Source of the DNA: Octopus vulgaris
Taxonomy: Eukaryota
Direction: 5' to 3'
NCBI GenBank assembly: GCA_951406725.2
Contig: OX597817.1
Span: 136,152,001 to 136,216,000, forward strand
Length of the DNA stretch: 64,000 nucleotides
The translations under genes were made by a program, and so were the position numbers. Below the pieces are notes generated by a model. The model was not told the DNA's origin and searched no databases. It saw nothing but the letters and a program-made list of their open reading frames with translations. Each line of letters starts with the position of its first letter. Position 1 is the first letter of the stretch. Below, piece by piece: positions 40,171 through 52,529 of the stretch.

Positions 40171-40989
40171 TGAAATAGTTATCATTGTTTTTGTTATTGC
40201 TGTTACATACAGAGAAGACACGAACAAAGGACAAGGAATAAATATATTTCATATGCGAATTATACATACATACATACATATATATATATGTATATGTGTG
40301 TGTGTGTGTGTATACACACACGAATACAGACACATGTGTGTGCGCATTCAAACACACACTGTGTTTATACAAGCATATGAATGCATGTGGTCACTTTTAT
40401 AAACACACGGAAGAGGACAGTAAAAAGTCAATAAATCCAATTCCCAAGACCAAACTAATCTGAAAATGGAATCTACCAAAATCAATAGAACTTTGGAAAA
40501 GCAGAAATTGGTCAGCTGATTGAACATTACAGTTGTTATGTAGACATTTCTTGCAAAGCCCAATTGCAGTGGACAGCTGTCTCTCAGCTTGCTCTTCCAT
40601 TATTTGGTACCTTTGCAACAGAAAGTCACGATGATGTCACAATGTTTCATTGTCACCCTGTTGCTATGGCAATGACAGCCGGTTGTTAAGAACAGCCACT
40701 GCAAGGCTGAGTGTTACAGTATTGGTCTGACAGAGCAACGTTAACACAGTATCAACCAAATGGTTGATTATATAAGCACCATAAAACTGGATGGCGTTTG
40801 GGCCCATGGTCAGTATATAGCTTGACTTGAGGACAGTAAATGGTATTCAGGGCACTGGAAATACAAAGGGTATATATTCACCTCTAATATCATCATCATC
40901 ATCATCATCATTTCACGACTATTATGCCATTCTTGCCTGAAAGGGATGTCTGCTCTTGTAAAAACCTGTAGCATATTCTTTGTGTGGTT

Positions 40990-41027
<38 letters not shown>

Positions 41028-41083
41028 ATATATATATATATATATATATATCTATACAATATGTTACATTACTCGGTAGTCAA

Positions 41084-41144
41084 GATAAAACTCTGAGTTT
41101 CAGATGCCGAAGTGGAAATCCACAACACCATCTCTTCGGTTATC
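41084..41144 (-). ncRNA. Type I hammerhead ribozyme in the 3' terminal repeat of a PLE
   Basis: GAUAA-CCGAAGA-GAUGguguuGUGGauuuCCACuucggCAUCu-GAAA-CUCAGAG-UU-UUAUC. Lies about 200 bp downstream of the PLE ORF end. Confidence 0.75.
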
Positions 41145-41340
41145 TGGCTATTTGAAAACGTTATGAAAAAATACCGTTAAAAATGAAGGGAAATTACTCT
41201 GTTATAACTCTGCTTTGCCTGCGTACTTATACATCGCTCGCATTTTTCGTCATAAAAATTATATAAAAATACATAAAAAATATATAAAAATATATAAAAA
41301 TATATAAAATCTTCTTGGGACATAACACAGAAAGCATGTT

Positions 41341-42720
41341 CTATCCGTTTTCTTTAGGGGACCAAAAACGTAACAGAAATTTAGTCACATGTGGGCATGA
41401 TCCGAAAAGTTCTGTCCTTGTATTTAGACATGTGGTAGGGTCTAAGCTGCTTTTCCAGATAAGCCATCTCTCCATGTCGCATAAACCGCACCTTCCGCTG
41501 CCGTTAGTATAGGGCTTACATCTGGCCAAAATCTTCCATTGTATGTTATAATCGACACCTTTATCTCTTAAAGACCAAATATGATTGGATAATTGTGTCG
41601 CTTTCTTTGTTCCAGTGCCTAAAGCTCAAAGTGTGGTTATTGAACCTGGTCTTGAAATTACCCTCTGTCAGGCCCACGTATTTCTTCGTCAAAACGGTGT
41701 CTTTAGTGGTTATAGAGTTTACGGTAGCCTCATATATGATGGTCTTGGACATGCAAGCTCCATTTAGCGGGCACAATTCTTTATTCCTGCATGAACAGCT
41801 GTTTTCTTCTTGTGTTTTTTGTATGTTATGATTGATTATGTTTTTAAAATTGGTAGTTGAACTAAAACTAATTTTTAAATTGTGTCTATTGAAGAGTTTC
41901 CTATAAGCATGGTTAACTGGAAAATGTCTATCTATCAGTGCTAGGAAATATTTACCTATATTGAAGGCCACCCGGTGAGTAAGGGGCGTAAACCAGATGA
42001 CCTTCCTATTTCTATTATTCCTTTTCCTTATTGTTGGGCTGGTGATAGGTGTATATTTTATTTTTTCGCTAAAACCACTATCTTTTAAAGCTTTATTATA
42101 AACTGGGCAACGCTATTGAAGATGTCCTCATTAGATGAGAGGCTAGAAATCCTCTTACTAATATTTTTAACTAAATTTTTGAATACTATAGGGGGATGGC
42201 ATGAACCTACATTAATATAACTTAGTCTATCATTGGGCTTCCTATAAGGCTTATAAATATTATTATTAAGATCTAAGGAAACGTCTAAGAAATTGACAAC
42301 CGTCAGGTTAGTGTCTATAGTTATACTAAGTCCGAAGTGTTTCATTAACTGGATAATATCCTTCCTAAAACGATCTTGTGCTGGTCCATTTGTATTAGCT
42401 GTTAAGGCGAGGGCATCATCTTTGTAGATGGCGAAATGTACGTTAGGAATGTCTTACTGAAGGTATCTAGGAGAAAGAGTCCAATTAGATCACAGATGCC
42501 TGCCCCATCATATGAACCCATGCTCACATCGAAAGCGCCCTCCGTGTCGGTGTTTTTTACCCACTTTGCATTCTCACTGAAAAGTAATGTCTTTCTAGCA
42601 TGGAAGATTATATCCTTATCATTGGTACTAATTTCTATGAAGTCACTAGCGAAGATTAGGGCTTTATCTAGCAGTTCTTTAGAGATAGAGGCATAAAAAT
42701 CAACAATATCAAATGACTGA
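41341..42720 (-). pseudogene. 5'-truncated Penelope-like retroelement (RT plus GIY-YIG; Neptune/Naiad-like), frameshifted
   Basis: FDIVDFYASI, MGSYDGA, IYKDDAL, VNFLDVSLDL, YKPYRKPN, CSC...CPLNGAC...IIYEA...YVGLTEGNFKTRFNNH, and C-terminal RCGLC...LNTRTE...CPH. Confidence 0.9.
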
Positions 42721-42722
42721 AA

Positions 42723-42780
<58 letters not shown>

Positions 42781-43292
42781 TTTCAGTCATTTGACTGCAC
42801 CATGCTGGAGCACTGCCGTTACTCAAACAAATCAAGCCGAGGACTCTTTGTAAGCCTAGTACTTATTCTATCAGTCTCTTTTGCTGAACCACTAAGTTAT
42901 GGGGACATAAATGCACCAACATCAGTTATCATGTGATAGAGGGGGGACACAAACACAGACACACCAACATATATTCATATATATATATATATATATATTC
43001 TATGAGCTTCTTTCAGTTTCCATCTACCAAATCCATTCACAAGGCTTTGGTCGTTCGGAGGCTATAGTAGAAGACACTTGCACAAGGAGTCATGCAGTGG
43101 GACTGAACCCAGAACTATGTTGTTGGGAAGTAAGCTTCTTACTACACAGCCATGCCTGCACCCACATATATATTTATATATATATATATATATATAAGGT
43201 TAATCTAAACGGGAAAACAGAAAAAACAACAACACGTGGAACAATTAAAGTATTATTATTATTAGGCGCTCAGGAAAAATGGAAGAAGGAGG

Positions 43293-43327
43293 GTATGACG
43301 TTTCGAGCGGAGCTCTTCGTCGGAAAC
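43293..43327 (-). ncRNA. Minimal hammerhead in a PLE-type terminal repeat
   Basis: GUUU-CCGACGA-aGAGCuccGCUC-GAAA-CG-UC-AUAC, with one mismatch in helix I. A copy at 50359-50390(+) has lost the cleavage site. Confidence 0.6.
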
Positions 43328-43780
43328 ATAAGAGAAGGAAGAAAGAAGAAAGAAAGATCCCGATGTGGGTGAACAGAGGGAAAAAAAACGCGACTGGTTT
43401 TTACGAAATAAACATGCTGAAAGGCTGGAAGTTTTGGATAACAAGGGCTGGTTTTTAAAGACAAAAGAGCGGAGACAGGAGGGTTGGTAACAAGAATGAT
43501 GTGTATGTATGTGTGAGTGTGTACGTGTGCGTGTGTGTATGTGTGTGTGTACGTGTGCGTGTGTGTATGTGTGTGTGTACGTGTGCGTGTGTGTATGTGT
43601 GTGTGAGGCGAGATAAAAAAATATATGTATATGTTAGTGCGTGCGTCTGTATGTAAGTGTGTGTACGTAGGGCGAAAAGTAGTTGACATAGCAGTCTCAA
43701 GTGAGTGGTCAGTAGTAAAAGGAGGAAGGAGGGAATGGGTGGGGGCGTATGTAACGTGCCAGTGTGTGTGTTGAGTGGTA

Positions 43781-43821
<41 letters not shown>

Positions 43822-44790
43822 GAAGGTAGCTAAGTGGTTAGAGTGTTTGGCTCATAATTGTATGGTTGTGTCCTTGAGCAAGACTCTTTACTCCACATTG
43901 CTCCAGTCCACTCAGCTGGCAAAAATGAATTGTACCTGTAATTCAAAGGCTGAATCTCACTCAGGGAAATGTTAAGAGTACATGTGTCTGTGGAGTACTC
44001 AGCCACTTGCAGACAACAGCTACAGTTTTGCAGTCAACAATTTAGTTTGATATCTCTCCAGTCTTGACAGCGTATTCACAGAACCTTACCAAACAGCTCT
44101 TTTATCATATCTACAGAATTGTCTTTTCCAGTGAGTTTGCTCTGTTGTTTGTATTATTAATTCAAGACCAACAAGGAAAATATTTTGTGCAGGGAATAAA
44201 GTTTCTGTTAATTGTTCACATATGTTGTGTATCATTAATACGCAACCAGAACACAACTCAGCCACCAGCACCACCATATCATTCATTCGATGACTTACAT
44301 GAGAATCGGTTAACATTACTTTGTGACAAACGCATGCACAGGAAATATGAACCTAGAATTTTATGGTTAGCAGAGACCACTATTGAAGCCTCTCACTTAC
44401 TGGACATCAACCATTACAACCGAATAACAAATATATTTGACAGAATTGTATTAAATTGTTTGGGTTTGGAACTGAAGAGTTTACAAGTTTTGCAGTGATG
44501 TTTTAATAAACAAGAGAGGAAGAGAGAAGAGAACTAGGATGAGAAAAAGAATGTGAATTATTTCAATTATTTAAAGAAGAAAAACGGTTGTCAAAACACT
44601 AACTTTGGAAGGGTTGTGTGAAAGAGTGAAAAACCTTGAAGACAGAATGAAAACAATGTATGATAAAATGTTAACAATAATTGACTATTGAATGAGGTTA
44701 AAGAGTTGACCATGTATAGGGCACTGAGTCACAGGTTCAAGCCTTACTATATCCATTAATCATTCAGATTATTCTGTCAAATGTAATGCT

Positions 44791-46500
44791 TATGAGATGA
44801 TATGAAAAAGTTCCCTGACGAATTATGTTTAATAAAAAAAAAATAACCTATTTACCTAAGTTTCGAAATAGTCTCCTTTCTCAGCAATACACCAGTTCCA
44901 GCATTCCTGCCACTTTTGGAATCTGGCCTGGGAGTCATTTTCCATTTGTGAGTTGACAACCTTTCTGTGATTCACTCTGGATCTCAACAATGGTGTTTAA
45001 AACGGTAACCTCTGAGCTGCATTTTCACCTTCAATAAGAGACAGAAACCTGCTGGTGCTAAATCTGGTGAATAGGGTGGGTGCGTAAGTGATACCATGTT
45101 GTTTCTGGTGAGAAACTCATGTGTGAAATGAGCTTGGTGACAGGGCGCCTTGTCATCATGAAGAATCCATAGACCCAACTGCTTTTGCCAAATGTTCTCC
45201 CTCAAATGCTTCAAAACATTACAGTAGAACTTGTGATTGATGGTCTGCGCCTGGAGGACGAATTCTTGATGCTCTGTTGTGAAGAGAGTACGACAACCCC
45301 GATGGGAAAAGAAGGGACTACTACAGATATATAGTAGTGGTTTGACATAGTCGGCAGTTTGTAGTTTGGTCTTTGAAATCCAGGTACAGTTTACAGTTTG
45401 AGTTGGTGTGTTGGAAATATTGATTGTTGGTTCGTTGTGTGTTTGTTACTGCTTCTATTTTGTATTGTTATAACACTGTTACAAGGTATTCTTTATCTAT
45501 TATCGACAATATCAACCATACAATGATATTGGAGGCATAAGGATATAACATCTGGCGATGAGGATTTTTCGAAGATCCCGTAGGTTATTTGACAATTTGT
45601 GGGTCATACAAATTGTTAAATTATGGAGAATCTATTAGCAGCAGTGATACAGCTTCAAGAGAAGCAACAGGAACAACAAGGGAGTTGCAGAAAGCAAATA
45701 TTACAACAACAACAACAGTTAATTGAGTTACAGTCAGGTTGCACTTGGGTGCTACTGGTACAACCTGTTGCATATACCGAATTATCAAGAAATTGGTGAA
45801 AGCCGACAGAGGTTGCATGCTTGGCAGCCAAAGTGCCACCATTAAAATATTTATCATGTCCCGTGAAAAGGCCGATATTGGATAAAAATTCAAATTCCTG
45901 ATTTCAAATTCCAGGCCGATACTGTGTGGAAATGCCAATATTGTGTGAAAATTCAAATTCCTAATTTCAAATTCCAAACCAAATACCTTGAGATAAGGCC
46001 CAAGTGAAAAAAAATACTAAAAAATACTAATAATAAATAAAATTTCTTTATTCCTTCGGAACTCAAATTCTCAAAAGGGGAGATGTTGTGACAAGAGTAC
46101 GACACACTCTGACAAGAATAGTCAGGACCACTACATATAAATAGTAGTGGTCTGACATAGTCGGCAGTTTGTAGTTTGTTCTTTGAAGTCCAGGTACAGT
46201 TTACAATTGGAGTTAATGTGTTGGAAATATTGATTGTTGGTTCGTTACATGTTTGTTACTGCTGCTGTTTCTGTTTGGTATTGTTATAACACTGTTACAG
46301 TGTATTCTGTATCTTTGACAATATCAACTGTACTACGATATTGGAGGCATAAGGATATAACATGCACAATACCACATTTCCAGGTGTGACACTGGTGGCA
46401 GGTCTTCCAGATCAATCATTGTCTTCCAGGGACGTTCTTCTGCTTTTGAAGCATCCGTGTCACTCAAAACTTTACGTACAACCCATTGTCTCATCATCCA
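44791..46500 (-). pseudogene. Mariner (DD34D) transposase remnant interrupted by an LTR element
   Basis: ORF 44984-45214 reads WILHDDKAPCH...HPPYSPDLAP. Non-LTR sequence resumes after 46367. Confidence 0.8.
45275..46362 (+). mobile_element. Compact non-autonomous LTR retroelement (Gypsy-derived, about 1.09 kb)
   Basis: LTRs at 45275-45550 and 46084-46362 (TGTTGTG...ATAACA). PBS TGGCGATGAGGA at 45553. PPT AAAAGGGGAGA before the 3' LTR. TSD TGCTC/TGCAC. Confidence 0.9.
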
Positions 46501-47046
46501 GCTGTAGAAACACTAGCAGATCAGACTAGAGCCTGGTGCAGCCTACAGGCTTCCCAGACCCCAGTCGAACCATCCAACCCATGACAGCATGGAAAACAGA
46601 CATTAAACGATGATGATGATGATTGTCAGCAATACTCATTAGTTTGCCTATGTTTCTTACATGAAACAAAGTTGGATGCTATCCTACCAATTCTGTAAAA
46701 CTGAGCTGGAATCATATAAAAATTTTAGAATTAATGAATCAGCCTGTAATATTTCTGAAATGGAAATCAAACCAAACACTGAAGCTGAGTGTTGTTGGAA
46801 ACTTTGAAAACAGAGTATATAGATATAACAACACATCATGTTTGGTGTTCCTTTACTTTACATCACTGGTTCATGTAGCACCGAACATGTAGCACTGAAC
46901 AAGTAGCACTTGACATAGATACAGTCACACAAGACAATAATGAAAGTCAAAATCTTTGAGTGCTGCCAAAGGACCCAAGAAACTGAAGACGTCCTATCAA
47001 ACCATAACTTTATGGCATCACATTGACAGGTTACACATAATATTAA

Positions 47047-47275
47047 CCCTTTCATTACTGTATTTATTTTGTGACACTCTGTATTTCTTTCAATTATTTT
47101 AAGTATGACAAAGAATTTAGTAAAATAACTTAGTTATCATTAAGCTAGTGTTAGGAACATAAATTGTGACTAAGGTTTGGTGGAAGATTTTAATTTAAAA
47201 CTTATGAAAACTGAAAACAAGACATTTGTATTACAGAGCCAGAGCTGATTTCGGCTGGGTTGGTAAATGAAAGGG
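47047..47275. mobile_element. piggyBac-like MITE
   Basis: TTAA-CCCTTTCATTAC...GTAAATGAAAGGG-TTAA: terminal inverted repeats with a TTAA target duplication. Confidence 0.8.
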
Positions 47276-47699
47276 TTAAAACACGCAGGGACTGATCTAG
47301 CATACATTATATTACTACGTAATTTGGTTCAACTTGAAAACTTAAAAAAAAAAACAAAACAGGATATCTGTTGTTCAGAGGAGCAGGAATCATAGCAACA
47401 ATTATGTCATCAAGCAGGTCTGGTGTCATGATGGAAGGGGCTGAAACCACATAAGGACCAATTTCACAGCCTGATGAGACACTGACTCCAATGGTTGCAG
47501 GAGGAGTACAGCAGCACTTCGAGTATCCAAGTGTTTATTCTAAGATGTTTAAAGAGTAAAACAAATATAGCACCTCTGAGGTATTTCTCATTAAATATGT
47601 CAAACATTTATTTACCACATCCAGAGATAATTAACAATAACTAATAAAGAAACAACAGTAAACATAGCTGTTGTAAATTTGAAGGTAAACTCCAGGTGA

Positions 47700-48000
47700 T
47701 TATTTACATTATTTACATTTGGTGGGTATTTGTTCTCATCTTGTTTGTTGTTAACACAATGTTTCAGCTGATATACCCTCCAGCCTTCATCAGGTGTCTT
47801 GGGGAAATTTCGAACCTGGGTTCACATTCCTAAGTTATTTTTCAATGTTATTATTATTATTATTATTATTATTCAGGTCACTGCCTGGAATCGAACTCAG
47901 AATCTTGGGGTTAGTAGACCATGCTCTTAACCACTATGCCATATGCCCGTCAATTGTAAATAATGTACATAATTCCTCATCTCTTAAATATAGAACTGAA
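47700..48000 (-). mobile_element. Short PLE-related insertion: tRNA-like head, (AAT)n, hammerhead, plus inverted tail
   Basis: Homologous to 58955-59180. Flanked by the direct repeat CTCCAGGTGA (47690-47699 and 48003-48012). Confidence 0.75.
47753..47798 (-). ncRNA. Minimal type I hammerhead ribozyme
   Basis: GACAC-CUGAUGA-aGGCUGgaggguauauCAGCU-GAAA-CA-UU-GUGUU. The loop probably derives from palindromic AACGUU by CpG decay. Confidence 0.7.
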
Positions 48001-48214
48001 AGCTCCAGGTGAATCGAGAATCTGACTCTGCTTCCATAAATAGTTGCAACAATGTCCAGGTAAGTGACATTAATTATTCGTCTGAAGAACAAAGGTTGTA
48101 GTTTCATCAACTACTTCCCTCCGCCAGCTATCAAACTCATGAACTCACAATTGTGAGCCCCAGATCTGCTAATCCTTAAGCCACACATACACACACACAC
48201 ATTATGCACGTTTC

Positions 48215-48245
<31 letters not shown>

Positions 48246-48458
48246 AAGAGCAAAGGTTTCTTGAGAGAAGTAAAGTAATCTAACTTATGACAAAATAGTA
48301 TTGCCTTGTAGTGGAATTGAACCCAGAACCATGTGGTTGTCAGATAAACTTCTTAAATTCATAACCACGATACATATGCATTACTTTACTGATGTGTCTG
48401 TGTGTAGGGGGAAGGGTAAGAAAGAGGTGGGGGAAAGAAACGTTCTGTAGATATTTGT

Positions 48459-48459
<1 letters not shown>

Positions 48460-48492
<33 letters not shown>

Positions 48493-48613
48493 AAGAAAGC
48501 GAGAGAGAGAGAGAGAGAGAGACAAAGAAAGCGAGAGAGAGAGAGAGAGAGACAAAGAAAGCGAGAGAGAGAGAGACAAAGAAAGCGAGAGAGAGAGAGA
48601 GAGAGACAAAGAA

Positions 48614-48644
<31 letters not shown>

Positions 48645-48645
48645 A
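48460..48645. repeat. (GA)n minisatellite punctuated by CAAAGAAAGC
   Basis: Seen directly. Confidence 0.9.
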
Positions 48646-50092
48646 GCAAAAACAGACAGACAGTACATGCAAATGAAATGAAAATTTTAGTGAAATTATA
48701 AAAGTGTCATTATCGCTGTTATTATCATTACTCTCACCATCATCATCATTACTAACATTATCCTAATCATCATCATCATCATCATTATGCTAATGTACAA
48801 TTATGGAAGCGGCGGCGTATATTATTGTCATCTCCCTTGAACCTTTTCCCCCCACCACCATCACCAACAAGGGCTGCCTGTTTGTTGTGGGAACAAGTAC
48901 TTTGTTCCGTGGGAAACAATAGAGACAGACCGAGAGAGGTCAGTGAATAGATTCTATGTTTTGACTAACAATCTGACACCCAACAAAACTGCTCCCCCCC
49001 TCCATTCATAATGCCCTATAACACTGCCCTAACTCTAAACATTTCATTTACATCCTCTTCCACTGATGTTTCACACAAAATGCCGCTTCTTGCGCTTCTT
49101 GCTCTTCTTCTTCTTCTTCCCTTAATTTTTATGGCTTTTTAACTAGTCTTTTTTAATTTTTATTTTTGCATTTTGCTTTAGATTTTGAGTAAAGGCACAC
49201 CTGTGTGTGTGCGTGTGTGTGTGTGCAAGAGAGAAAGAGAGAGAGAGAGAGAGAATGTGTGTGTGAGTGATAAGTTTAAAATACATAATCAACTGGGAAG
49301 AGGAGGAGGTAACGGATGAGAAGCAAAATTCAATGATGTTTAAACTGAGGGAAATTAAATATTGTATCGACAAATGATGTTGACAATGATGATGTCGATG
49401 ATGATGATGTTGACAATGATGATAATGGTGATGATAATATTGTTAATGATGATAATGTTGACAATGGTGATGATGATGATGACAATGTGAAAGATGATGA
49501 TGACGATGATGATGATGATGATGCTAGTGATGACAATGCTATGCAATCAGTGAAAATGCTGATGACAATATTGATGATGCTAGCTGCTTTCTCGTCCATT
49601 TAACCAGCCACTACATCCCTCTTACGAAACCAGACAAGTTGCGTTGCTCAATGTGACAATTTCACATTCAATTTCTGCAAAGTCTCTCTGATTTAGTTCT
49701 ACACTCAACAACACTTCAGACATTATGTTGATTCTAATGTAAAAGAATAGTCATGGTTGGAAGGTCTTTGATAACAAAGACAGCTTCAATAGGGAAGACG
49801 ACTTGTGACAAAATAACAACAACAACAACAATCTAAACACACACACACGCACACATAACTGTTCATAAATGTTGTTTGAAAGTCATCAATCTGAGTGTTT
49901 TACCTAATTATTATTACTATCCCAATTAGTTAGCCATAATTAAACAGGGGTTACCACTAGGCTCTTGTATTTAATTAACCACCATTAGATCGGGTGTCTT
50001 GAAAAACATTTCTATGGTTTCACTGTCAAACAGACATTGACACATTATCTTCTCAACTACTGTTATACATATATATATGTATATATATACAG

Positions 50093-50149
<57 letters not shown>

Positions 50150-50157
50150 GATATATA

Positions 50158-50195
<38 letters not shown>

Positions 50196-50987
50196 CATAT
50201 ACCCAATTCCCCCTGTTCGCTTCTTGCTTGACAAAGGCATTTTTTTCTCACTTTCGCACCTTGTGTGTGTGTGTATATATATAAAAATGTGACCACGTGT
50301 GTACCGTTGGTGATTTTTTTCCTCCATCTTCCCTTCTTTGGATCTTTCCTCTTCCTATGTTTCTGACGAAGAGCTCCGTTCGAAACCCTCCTTCTTTCCT
50401 GAGTGTCCAATAATACTATATTTGTTCCACGTCCTCGCGTTGTTGTGTTTTCATGTTTGGATTAACTTTATAAATATATATATATATCAGCATCATCATC
50501 GTTGTTTAATGTCCACTTTCCATGCTGGCATGGGTTGGATGGTTTGACTAAGGACTGATGAGCCAGAAGGCTGCACCAGGCTCAATCTGATCTGGCAAAG
50601 TTTCTACGGCTAGATGCCCTTCCTAATGCTAATCAGTCCGAAAGTGTGGTGAGTGCATTTACATGCCACTGGCACAAGGGCCAGTCAGGCGGTTCTGGCA
50701 ATGATCATGCTCAAAAGGTGTTTTTTTATTACGTATTACCTGCACAGGAGCCAGTCCGGTGGCACTGGCAACGACCACACTCAAATGTTGTTTTTCATGT
50801 GTCACCAGCACATGTGCTGGTAAGGCGACGCTGGCAACGATCACACTCGAATGGTGCTTTTTACATACCACCAGCATAGGAACCAATCCATGGCCCTGGC
50901 AACGATCACGCTCGGATGTGCTTTTAATATTCCACTGGCACGAGTGCCAATCAGGCAGTAATGTCATTGGCCACGTCAGTGAATTTG

Positions 50988-51019
<32 letters not shown>

Positions 51020-51389
51020 TGTGTATTATATTTCTCTAGCCAATTGTGGTAGAATGACTACTGGAGGTATTATGTAATGTGAATTATATTATTCACGTGA
51101 CTAAATCATTGTTATTATCTATGTATATAGACATGATGTCTGAATGGTCATCTGCATGTTGCTAAAACAACAGTAAACCACGGAATAAATGTAATGCCAT
51201 ATATTCTATTCTTATTCTATTGGGATGCCGTTTCTTCAATTGCATGAACTAAAAGTTAGAGGGGGATGGGATAAACTACCTGCATCAACTTGCTATAAAA
51301 GCAGGTAGTAATTTTACGCATGTCTTTTTTCTTAGTGCAAATTCTGAAGAGTACAGTTCAATTTCAACAGTTATTTTTTCAAAGCTATA

Positions 51390-52236
51390 ATGGAAGTGAC
51401 AAAGGAGCATATTTGGCATATTTTGCTTTATGAGTTCAATAAAGGCAGCAACACAACAGAAAGTGTGAGGAATATTAATGTAGTATATGGGGATCGGACA
51501 ATAAGCATAAGCCAATGTCATCAGTGATTCCGGAAATTCCAAGCCAGAAACTACAGCCTAGAAGACAAGCCTCATTCTGGAAGATCTGCAGTGCTCGACA
51601 AGGATGTCCTGCAAATTCTGGTGGAACAAAATCCCATCGTAACTGTTGAGGAACTAACAGAGAAGCTTGCATTTCATCATTCAACCATTCATCATCTATG
51701 TGCCATCAGAAAAGCCAGAAAATTGGGTCAATGGGTTCCTCACAAACTTCCCGAGTTGAATTACACGCTGAGAGTGAATGTGTGCTCTTTTTGCTGTCAC
51801 GTCTCATGAATGAACCTTTTTTTTTTTAACCGAATAGTGACTGGTGGCGTGAAAAGGGTTCTCTATAAAAATGTCAAGCACTGAAGACAGTGAGTAAGGA
51901 GAGGAGAAACACTGGCACCCCAAGCTAAAGAAGATCTTCATCCATGTAAAGTGTTGTTATCTGTTTGGTGGGTTATGAAAGGTTTAGTCTACTTCCATCT
52001 TTTAAACCAAAACCAAATGATAACAAAGGAGATCTACTGTGAGCTGCTTGAGCAGCTGAAGTCAACGTCAGAAGGAAAACGACCATCTCTGGTTTCAAGA
52101 CAAAAAGTTTTCTTCCATCAGGATAATGCTTAGCCACATACAGTGAGGATGACATTCCAAAGGGTGGAGCAATTCGAATGGGAAACTATGCCCCACCTAC
52201 CATATTCGCTGGACATTGTCCCATCCAATTATCATT
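51390..52236 (+). pseudogene. Mariner transposase pseudogene
   Basis: MEVTKEHIWHILLYEFNKG, GQWVPHKL, RIVTG, LLSVWW, FHQDNA and PYSLDIVPSNY, with stops and frameshifts. Confidence 0.9.
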
Positions 52237-52455
52237 TATATATATATGTATATATATATATATATATATACAAAGTAAGATAGGGGTTATGGGTGTAACC
52301 CAGCCTACAACCCTAGTATGTTGACATCTATAGGCAATGAAAATTAGATTCGCTTTTACCATAGGCTGAAACAGCTGTAAGAAGTAATTTCTGGATTTCA
52401 ATAATTTATAATATGACTTTTAAAATCTGTATTTGTATCATTATCTTATCTATTG

Positions 52456-52506
<51 letters not shown>

Positions 52507-52529
52507 CACACACATATATATATATACAT

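Noticed and set aside
44064-44498. 144-aa ORF as a host exon
   Set aside because: Non-ATG start, no recognisable domain and no clear splice context. It cannot be supported without a search.
47466-47500. CTGATGAG as a hammerhead start
   Set aside because: No downstream GAAA or closing helices.
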